Shown: positions 37,198 to 46,495 of the stretch, one piece after another
Numbering within the stretch: the first letter of the stretch is position 1
How the letters are laid out: each line of letters begins with the position of its first letter
From: Rhizaria sp. SCN 62-66
Lineage: Eukaryota
Reading direction: 5' to 3'
NCBI GenBank assembly: GCA_001724265.1
Contig: MEDY01000166.1
Span: 1-58,362, forward strand
Length of the DNA: 58,362 nucleotides
Made by a program: the position numbers and the translations under genes
Notes under the pieces: model-generated
Databases searched by the model: none
What the model was told of the DNA's origin: nothing
Seen by the model: the letters and a program-made list of their open reading frames with translations, nothing else

Positions 37198-37272
37198 AAC
37201 ATTGTATTGATAAGTAATTATGGATTTATATAACGGTCTACATGCATAATATTAGTTGAGTTGATGATATTA

Positions 37273-39099
37273 TTAGTTCGCATCCTCTTTCGCAGTTTCA
37301 GCCTGCTTATTCTGCTCGCCGGAGAAATCAAAAGTCATCATGACAGGTTCCTCCTGTTCCTTAGCCTTCTTCTCCTGCTCCTCGAGCGCTTTCTCCGCGC
37401 TCTCCGCCTGCAAATCCACCTTCGTGGGACTCTCCTCAGCTTCAGCAGGAGCAGGCGCCTCCTCAGCTTCAGCAGGAGCAGGCGCTTCCGCCTTTGCCTC
37501 CTGAGTGGCAGCAGCGTCCTTGTCCTTCTTAGCAACGGCCGGAACGAGCTTGACCTCGGTCTTGTCGGCAGCCGCCTTCTCCTCGGCGATGCGCGAGACG
37601 ATGGGCAGGATGAGCGAGGTGGCCACGGCCGTGTCGCGCACGCTCGCGGGCTTGACGCGGTGCAGCTTCATCCCGATCTCGAAGTGGAAGACATTCTTGA
37701 CGACGCCATCGACGACCTCGAAGAGCTGGTACGTGCCGGACCACTGCGAGTACCCCGCCGGATTGTCCGGCGTGAGGCGCTTGAGGTCGTAGTACTCGTG
37801 CTGCGCGTTGCTCTCGGACATGGTGAGGTACGAGTAGAAGCGGATCTTGTCGGGTCCTGCGTAGGGCCCCACCACAGCCGCCTTGGTCGGCAGCAGCGCA
37901 GGCATCATCATCAGTGCGCCGCGGCGGCGGATCTTGAGCTTGCCGGGCGCGAACTTGCGCGGTGGGCGCTTGACGTCGAGCGAGAGTTCCTGGCGCGACT
38001 TTTCGTCCGGGATGTAGGACTTGGCGGCGGAGCAGTCCATGATGAGCACGCGGATGTCCCACTCGTCGAAGGCAAGCTCGGCCGGGTCCACGGCGTCCTG
38101 CACCATGAGCGGGTGCGGCAGCAGCGATTCCTCCTCGCTCTCAGGCGTCAGTCCGGCGCCGTCAGCAGAGGGCGAAAAGACCTTCTCGACGCGCGTGTCG
38201 TAGTGCGTCGCCAGGCGGTGCATGAGGCGCATGTCGGGCAGCGAGTGCATCACCAGCGCCGTGTCGTAGAAGTCGTTCATGGTCGGCGTGAGCATCGCGC
38301 CCAGCTCGCGGATGTCGCGCCAGCGGCCCAGCAGCGCCGAGTTGGGGAAAAGCACGATGAGCTCCACGAGCGACATCTCCTCGCGTCGCTCGCGCACGTA
38401 CAGCGCGTCGTAGGCCGCCGCCATCTCGGGTAGCAGCTGCAACTGGTAGGCGACCGTCATGCGCTCCATCAGCAACTCGCGCGCACGCGGCACGTCGAGC
38501 GCACCGACCTGGGCCGCCGAGAGGTCCAGCATGCCCCACACGGCCGTCTGCGCCTTGGTCAGCACGGGCGAGCGCGCGCCCTCGGAGACGATGGGCGCGA
38601 ACTTGCGCACCGTGAATGTGTCGAACCACTTGGCGAGCTTGAGGCGCAGGCGGCCGTCGAGCGTCTCGAGCACCTCGGTGGTGAGCGAGGTGATCTGCTG
38701 CTCCAGACTCGTCTCCAGCGCGGTCAGCTCAGACTTGCGCAGGTTCGTCAGAGACATCTCGATCATCGCCTCAGCGTCCTCCACGGGCATCGACATCACG
38801 TCATAGCCGGCTCCTGCGGCGGCAGCCTCAGCGGCGGTGTTTGTCGTCGAGGCGCCCGCAGCGGCGCTGCTGGTCGCGGCGGCGGACGAGGACTCGGGCT
38901 TTTTCTTGAGCTCGATGGGGGCCTTGAGGGCGCGCGCGGCAACGAACTCGGAGAGACTCTTCTCAGTTTCAGCGTCGAAGCTGGCGACCTCATTCTGAAC
39001 CTCAGCAATGTACTTGCGGCGCAGGTAGGTCACAAGGCCCGCGAGGGCCACACCGCTGGCGATCACTGCGGTACGGACACTGACTCCAGAGGACTCCAT
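37273..39099 (-). CDS. Hypothetical protein with N-terminal membrane anchor and acidic Ala/Glu tail, 608 aa
   Basis: Intronless ORF with strong GC3 bias. N-terminus MESSGVSVRTAVIASGVALAGLVTYLRRKY is a TM segment flanked by basic residues. Ends TAA TAA. No family recognised. Confidence 0.8.
   Translation of the reverse strand: MESSGVSVRTAVIASGVALAGLVTYLRRKYIAEVQNEVASFDAETEKSLSEFVAARALKAPIELKKKPESSSAAATSSAAAGASTTNTAAEAAAAGAGYDVMSMPVEDAEAMIEMSLTNLRKSELTALETSLEQQITSLTTEVLETLDGRLRLKLAKWFDTFTVRKFAPIVSEGARSPVLTKAQTAVWGMLDLSAAQVGALDVPRARELLMERMTVAYQLQLLPEMAAAYDALYVRERREEMSLVELIVLFPNSALLGRWRDIRELGAMLTPTMNDFYDTALVMHSLPDMRLMHRLATHYDTRVEKVFSPSADGAGLTPESEEESLLPHPLMVQDAVDPAELAFDEWDIRVLIMDCSAAKSYIPDEKSRQELSLDVKRPPRKFAPGKLKIRRRGALMMMPALLPTKAAVVGPYAGPDKIRFYSYLTMSESNAQHEYYDLKRLTPDNPAGYSQWSGTYQLFEVVDGVVKNVFHFEIGMKLHRVKPASVRDTAVATSLILPIVSRIAEEKAAADKTEVKLVPAVAKKDKDAAATQEAKAEAPAPAEAEEAPAPAEAEESPTKVDLQAESAEKALEEQEKKAKEQEEPVMMTFDFSGEQNKQAETAKEDAN
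37432..37485. repeat. Exact 27-bp coding tandem repeat (APAPAEAEE x2)
   Basis: ctcctcagcttcagcaggagcaggcgc twice in tandem. Confidence 0.9.
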
Positions 39100-39729
39100 G
39101 TCTGCGCACAAGGGTAGGGTGAAAGAAAATCAAGAAGATAAAGACAGGATAGCATGTAAAAAATCAAAGATATAAGTGCGCATGCTACCGGACTGCGTAT
39201 ATGACGCAGTGTTCGCATTATGCTGGCGCCGAAGAGCCGCGTCCCTATTGTCCGCCCAGACCACTTCACGAGAGCATCGCGCAACAGGATCAACACTGAT
39301 CGAAGCAGGAAAAGGCGTTGAAATAATTTGAAGTATAAAATATCACAGGATTATACGAGCATAGCGGCAGATGGACGAATTCCCTGTTTCAAGGCGCTTT
39401 CTTGAAAACGCCGGACGGTTCTTTGCCGACAGACCCACCAGCCGTTCCCTGCGCAACAAAGCAGTCACTGGAGAAAACTAGTTTCGTCACATTTTATCAA
39501 TGCAAATAAAGTCACACAAGAGATCTATCGCATCACATTGTTTAACTAGTAATGATATATGTATTTTCTAACTTGATAATTTACTAAGTCTCAGACTGCG
39601 CAGTGTGAATGCTCACATTTCTGCGCGGGTTGCTATGTATCGTTGCGCTCTCAAATGATATGAGCGCATCATTTGGTCTCTGTAAGCCGCAGAAGGCACA
39701 CCACGCGGCCTACAGCAAGCGTGCGGCAT

Positions 39730-42492
39730 TCATTGGCGCGCGCTCGCGCTGCCGTTGCGACTACTACTGTTCCTGTCGCGGTCATCACGGTCACGGCTAC
39801 GGTCGCGGCGCGGGGAGCGGGACCGTGGGCGCTGGCGCTCGCGCCGTGGCGGCGACTGCGAGCGCGAGCGCGAGAGCGAGCGCTCGCGGCGGCGCGGCGG
39901 GGCGCTGCGCTCACGGTCACGGTCACTGAGCCCACGGTCACTGCGGTCACGGCTGCGGTCACGGCTACGGTCAGCGTGGCCACGGTCGCTGCGGTCCCTG
40001 ACTTTGCGCTCACGGCTACGTTCACGGTCATGGCGGTCGCGGTCGTTGCGGTCGCGTTTACTGTCACGGCCATGGTCGCGGCTACGACTGCGGCTACGGC
40101 TACGACTACTCCGGCGACGGGCCCTGTCCCTGTCTCTGCTCCTGTCCCTGCTCCCGCTCCTGTTGCTGCTCGTGTTGCTGCTCCTGTCCTTGTCGCCGTT
40201 CCTGCTCGACTGCGGCTTGCTGCCGCTGCCACTGCTGACACGGCCCCAGGACGACGTGTGGTCGCGGTGCTCACGGCCACTCGCGCGCTCACGGTCACTC
40301 AAACGGTCACGGTCACTAAAGCGGTCACTCGCCGCGCCGCCACCGCTTGATTTGCGCTCGAAGCCGCTCGCCTTGCTCCACACCGCGCCGCCGTCGCGCT
40401 CACGGTCACTAGAGCGCTCACGGTCGCGGCCACGGTCGCTGGGGCGGCCGCGGCCGCTGCTGCTGCTGGTGCGGGCCTGGGGCCCCCACTGCGTCTGCAG
40501 CGGCCCCTGCGTCTGCTGCTGCCGCTGCTGCTGCAGCAGCTGCTCGACGATGCGCTCGCGACCCGGATGCAGCCGGAACCAGTGCAACGGTGCCGCCATG
40601 CTCCCAGCGCTCTCTGCGGCGGCGCGGTCCGCGGCGAGCGCGCGCGCGAAGGCGCCGAGGTCGGCCGCGGAGGGGTCGCGTAGCAGCGCCACCGAGTGGC
40701 ACGGGTCCGACGGCCTGAAGAAGCGGCTCCGCGCGCGCACGCACGACGAGTCCTCGGACGACTCCGAGTGCGAGTGGATGGGCGAGTGCGCCGCCGCCGA
40801 GTCCGCGGCCGAGTTGTCGTCGTCGTCCTCGTCGTCGTCGTTGCGCCGGCCGTCCACATAGGCGCACGTGAAAAGGCGTGCAAACGACGCGTGCTCCTGC
40901 TCACGGTCACGCGCGCGGTCACGCTCACGGTCACGACCACTGCCACGGCCACTGCGCTCCCGGTCACTGCGACTGCTGCGCTCACGGTCACGCGCACTGT
41001 GAGTGTCCCGGCCGCCGTCGTTGCGCTCGCTGCCGTTGCACTCAAGCGGGAAGGCGAAGACGAAGAAGGTGACGTGCGAGTACCGCAGCCGCGCCACGAA
41101 TGGCACCTCGGCCCAGTCCACCGCGCGCTCGCCACTGCCGCCGTCGCTGTTGTCGCCGCCACTGTCGCCCTGCACGGCGGCGGCCATGAGCGGCAGCACG
41201 ACCGAGTGCTCGTCGACGTTGTTGGGGCACTTAATCACGACGACGCGGCACCGGCGCCGGCTGGGGCCGCGGCAGCGGGTGGCGGGGCGGCGGACAGCGT
41301 CGGCAGCGGCCGCGTCGGTATCTGCGTCTTTGTCATTGTCAGCATCCCGCATCTGCGCCTGCACCTGCGAGTCCTGCGCCTGCGACTGCGCGTCGAGTGA
41401 GTCCGCCGAGTCCACTGAGTCCCCGGCCCCCTGTTCGCCCTCGCTCTCCCGGCGGACGGCCAGTGCGAGCTCGCCCGCGCCCAGCGCGCCCAGGCGCAGC
41501 GCAACCGCGCGCTGGAAGCGGTACTCGGGGCCGCCCCAGGGGGGGTCTGCGAACACGGCGTCGGAGCCGCGCGCGAGGCGCCGCAGCAGCGCGCCGCCGA
41601 AGCCGCCCTCGAACGCGACCACGGGCGCGTTGCCGGAGACAGAGCCGGAGCCGGAGCCGGAGCCAGCGGCAGAGCTCGAGGAAGAGAGGGCGGCGCGCGC
41701 GTCGGTGGTCTGCAGCGCCGCGTCGGTGGCGTCCGAGTCGGCGGCAGGGTCCGCGACGACGACGGGGACGCCGAAGAGCGCGAGGTTGTGGCACAGCATG
41801 CGGAAGCGCCGCGGGTCGATCTCGACGCCGTTGACGCGTGACACGTAGCGCAGGCCCGCGCGCGCAAACGAGAGCGTGTTGCCGCCCACGCACGACGTGG
41901 CGTCCGTGATCACAAAGCCCGCGGACGCAGAGGACGAGGGCGCGGACTCAGAGGAGCTGGAGCTGGAGCTGGAGAGGGGCGAAGCGCGCGGCGCGACCAG
42001 GTGCTGCGGCGCGCACAGGGCAGAGGATGACTAGCTTTTGTCGTCGTCAGCGTTGTTGTCCCTGGTGCGGCAGAGGAGCTTGACGACGAGGTTCGTGATG
42101 TCGTCTGCGTTAGCTTGGTCAGAGACCGAGTACTTGGCCTCCTCGTCCATGAGCAGCGCCTCGCGCTGCGCCGCGCTGGCCTTGCCCCAGAGGTGCTAAG
42201 ACTTGGTCCCCACAGCCAGCTCGTCTTTCAGCAGGCGCGCCGAGATGGGGTGGCACTCCCAGAGAAGGCCGTGCAGGTGCGCGGCGGCGCGCTCGGCGTC
42301 GGCGGGCGAGCGCAGCGAGACGCGGCACAGTTGCCGGCTCAGCCCCGTCTCGCGGTCGCGCAGGATCTCCACCCTGTGGATCACCACGCCACCGGGCACC
42401 GTCTGCACCACCGCTTCAACGTCAGACTCCGTCGCCGTCGGCGGGATGTTGCGCAGGGTCAGCTTGTACTCGACGTACTGGCCGCCGCTCAT
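39730..42492 (-). CDS. RRM + RNA cap guanine-N2 methyltransferase (Tgs-like) + RS/RD-rich domain, 920 aa, containing two in-frame TAG codons
   Basis: One continuous frame from ATG 42492 to TGA 39730 if TAG at 42198-42196 and 42033-42031 are sense. RRM: KLTLRNIPPTATESDV...ILRDRETGLSRQLCRVSL...AERAAAHLHG. Tgs motifs: MDEEAKYSVSD (between the two TAGs), ITDATSCVGGNTLSFA, VNGVEIDP, VFADPPWGGPEY and IKCPNN. C-terminal RS/RD dipeptide repeats. Confidence 0.85.
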
Positions 42493-43423
42493 GACACTCC
42501 CTGTCACTGTTGGGATAGTGTTGAGATGAAGATGATTGGAGAGGATAGAAAACATTGCGTGAAATTTAATTAAATGAGAACAGTTTAAAACTAATATTAT
42601 AACTAAATCAAACGCATAAAGTTCGAACCACTGAACAGGTGTTGCAGTGGGCTCGTCTAATTTTCCGCAGATTTCCTCGCCTTCTTTGTGGCTGGACAGC
42701 CACAAACGCTGAAACGCGAAGGTCAGTGTAAATCCATTGATATCAAGGGTATTTTGGGCTTAGTCTTGACTTATCTCGACTATTTCCCTATGTAATGCGT
42801 GTTTATAGTAGTGAAATCTTTTTTTAAAGTCTTTTGGTGAGGTTCATGAGTATACATTTGATTTGCTTGCCTCACGCATTGCACATGTGACGCTGCTGAG
42901 ACACCAAGAGCCGTTCTGCAAGTACATGTACACAGCAGAGATACAACATCATAAGACACAGCAGAGCGCAAATAACGTGAATAAGCAATGTCATTGTGTA
43001 TTATTCACTCGAGCAGCTAATAATACATTGTATCAGCACAAGCAGCCACGGTGACTGCGTGCGACACGGAGAGAAAAAGTGAGAGACCAACGAGTGATGA
43101 ACAGACAGACATAGAATTAATACCAAAAGACAAAGGAACTACAGACGTTGCTTTTCGGTTGGCTAGCCCATTAGCTGGCTAGGACAATGAATGTACGAAC
43201 AATAGACAGACACGGAGACACGTACGTACACATGCAATGGTGAGAGTTTAGGTAAATAGCGCAATGCAAAATATCGAACAAAGAGTTGACAAAAGCACAT
43301 GAGAAAAGAAAAATAGACGGATACACACTAAATTAATATAACCAATAATGGCCAAATAACAACGAACTTAACATATAATTACGACTCAGCCTGATGCGCT
43401 TCCCTATTGTCAAGCTTGCCAGT

Positions 43424-46082
43424 TTACCAGGGCCCAGTGAGCTCGTTGGTGACCATGATGGCAATAAAAGCGAGGTAGAAGCCAACCATTGCAAGTCCGT
43501 AGGTACGCGGCGGCTTGTAGCTCCAGGCCCAGAAGGCTACCATGTGCGCGAGAACGCCGGCCGAGACGGCACCCCACGTGATGACGACCTGCTGCGTCAC
43601 CGCGAAGGTCACGGGCGTGGGGAACTGCTGGAGACACGTGAGAAGCATGGGCGCGCCCAGCCCCACGAGCGTGGTGAGCAGTGGCGACGCGAAGACGGAT
43701 GCGAAGGCCAGCTGCGCGTGCCCCGCGCGCGCCAGCGCCGTGTTGGCGACGAAGTCGGGGATGGAGTTGCCGACGGCGAGCACGGTGAGGCCCAGGATCG
43801 CGGTCGACACGTCGAGCACGACGCCGACGGCCTGCAGCGCGGCGACGACCTCGTTCGAGATGAGCACCATCCAGGCGACGCAGCCGCCGAAGGTGAGCAG
43901 CGCGCAGAAGGTCTTAAAGGCCACGGCCACGCGCGGCAGCCAGTCGTCGTCCTCCAGCTCCGCCTCGGCCTCGGCCACGGCCGCCGAGACGGAGGCCGAC
44001 GCCGCGGCCGCGCCCATCGAGGACGCGGCCGCGGTCGCCGCCGTCAGCTCCGAGTCGTGCCGGCGCCCGCGCCCCAGCCCGTTACCGTTACCGTTGTGTC
44101 CGTGGCCGTGGGAGCCCTGGAGCGAGCCAGCCGCACCGGGCAGCGCGCCCGCAGCGCCGGCGCCGGCGAGGCCGTGTCCGTGGCCGCTGCTGCTAACCGC
44201 GGAGCGCGCGACGAGCTCGGTGAGCGCGCGGTCATACGCGCGGGCGACGGCGGGCAGCAGCCAGCAGTAGTAGACGAGCGCCATGAGCACCGCGACGACG
44301 GCGCCGCCCAGAGCGGCCACGGCGGCGCGCGGCAGCCCGCCCAGCGCGGGCGTGGCCAGGTCGTCGCCGTCGAAGGCCAGCATTGCGAGCAGCGAGAGCG
44401 GGACCGGCGCGCAGAGCCCCAGCAGGCGCTTGGCGGGACCCCAGAGGTCGGGCCGCACGTGCATCGACGGCAGCGTGAGCCACCGCAGCAGCGAGAAGGG
44501 CAGCTCGAAGGCGAACTGGAGCTTGAAAAAGGCGCGCGCGGCGGGCGCGGCCTCAGCCCAGGAAGGGTGTGGGTACGAGAGGCCCGCGAGGAAGGTGGCG
44601 TGGTCAATGCCGTCGTCCTCCTCCTCGACGTAGTCCTCCTCCTCGTCCGCGGCCGCGGCCGCGCCCAGGCTGCCCACCGCAGGGCCGCCGTCGCTGGCGC
44701 CGCTGGCGCCGAGGGGCCCGTCGTCGGTGCCGTCGGAGAGCAGCAGCGCGGCGCGGAGTGACTCGCCGCGCCGCAGCTCGCGGCGGTGCGTCGCAACCGA
44801 CACGCCGCGCGCGCGGGCGGCGTCGCGCTCGGCGCGGGACTTGCGGCAGCGCTTGATCTGGATAACGACCACGACGGCGGCGACGTAGGCCACGTAGAGC
44901 ACAAGCAGCGAGCCCGCCTCATAGGCGTTGACGCGCCCGTTGTGGAAGGTCCAGAAGACGGTGCCGAGCGAGACGGCGTAGGCGAGGATGTCGCGCCAGA
45001 AGCCGCTCTTGTTGAGCTTGCCCGTGGACACGGCAATGGTGGTGCCCGCAACAAGCCCCATGATGCAGACGCCCGCGCCAATGATGGCACCCAGTAGCAG
45101 CGGCACGTCGTCTGCGGCCAGCGCGGCCAGCGCGGAGAAGATGTCCGGCGCGCCGTTGCCGAAAGCCAGGAAGGTCATGCCTGCGACCGAGGGTGAGAGG
45201 TTGAGCAGGCGCGACATGACCGTGAGCGCGGGCACGAAGAAGTGGTCCGCCGTGGTGGCCAGCAGCGAGAGCGTGACGAGCAGCACGAGCAGCATGATGC
45301 CCACGAAGCCGGCCGTCGCGGCGGGGCTGCGTCCGTTGGCCAGCACGCAGTAGCGCAGCTTGAGGAAGTTCACCAGGTTCTCCGTCTCGCAGTGCTGCCG
45401 CACAAACAGACACGGGTCCTCCTTGTGGTCGATAAACTCGCACGGAACCTCGTCGTCGTCATTGTCGTCGTCAGCAGCGCCGGCGGCGTCAGCGGCGTCG
45501 CTGGCGCTGGCGGTGCGGAAGCCGACGGAGGCCTGCTTGACGTGGCCGCCGATGTTCTTCTTGTTCTTCTGGCCCTGCTTCAGGCCGTGGGGCGCCGCGG
45601 CGCTGCCGCTGGCCAGCGCGAGGGGGCTGAACTCGAGTCCGCGCGGCGTGAGCGGCTCCTGCGCCGCCTCGAAGCGGCCGACGACGAGCCCGGCGACGGC
45701 GCTCAACAGCGTCGGCCGCGGGGCGCGCTGCACGGAGCGCGGCGAGAGCGAGAAGCCCGCGCCAACGCGGCCAAACATGCCCGTGTAGGCCAGCAGCGCG
45801 ACCAAGCACAGCACGGCCGCCGCGCTCGTCGCTGAAAAGTGCGAGAGATATGCGAGTGGCGAGCGACGGGAGGAGTGGGTGGTCGACAGAAAATATGAAT
45901 TTAACAAGGACGAGCTTACGATAACGATATTTAAGTTGTAAAAACTCATCAAAACATTGACAGAAACACAAAATCTCAACATAAATCTCTTTCAAAGAAC
46001 ATTGTAGAGCTGGGAGACGATGCCGAATCGTACCTCGGAAGATGGAAGGAGACTTTCTCTTGGCGCCTAGAATTGGCGACAT
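43424..46082 (-). CDS. Cation/Ca2+ exchanger (CCX / NCLX-NCKX6 type), 818 aa, 2 exons
   Basis: Exons 46082-46034 and 45831-43424 (intron 45832-46033). Alpha-1 repeat AGMTFLAFGNGAPDIFS, alpha-2 repeat LGLTVLAVGNSIPDFVAN, TADHFFVPAL, the N-terminal Cys motif C.FVRQHC...NFLKLRYC, and multiple TM helices. TAA stop. Confidence 0.9.
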
Positions 46083-46495
46083 GTCTGCCTGAAGAAAGAG
46101 TGCGCAAGAGGTGTGAAAAAAATGAGAGAAATAAAAACACTACAGAAATTCAAAACACAAACTTCTTGACAACTTGGCGTTCGTTTTGTGGAATAATTTA
46201 CAATATCGATGTGTCCGTATCATTGCTATCTTGAGAAGACCAGAGACGTCGTCACGCCAGAAACTGCAGAAACGGATCAAAGGACAATATTGAAGATATA
46301 TCCATCGGACAAAAGCGTGGCAACATTTCCGGATAGTGTTGTATAGATAACAAAGTACTGTATCTTAAAACAGGTGCTAAAGTAACATTGGTAAAGATTT
46401 TGGCCACAAGCCCGCGTCAGAAGCGCGCTCCACCACAAACGATGTTCGATTGCGGACGCAGTGACATGCTACAGGTTTTGGCTGCGGCTGGTCGC

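Noticed and set aside
39780-40440. Regular cggtca/cggtcg repeats resembling a repeat array or CRISPR
   Set aside because: They encode RD/RS dipeptides on the minus strand, with no repeat-spacer structure.
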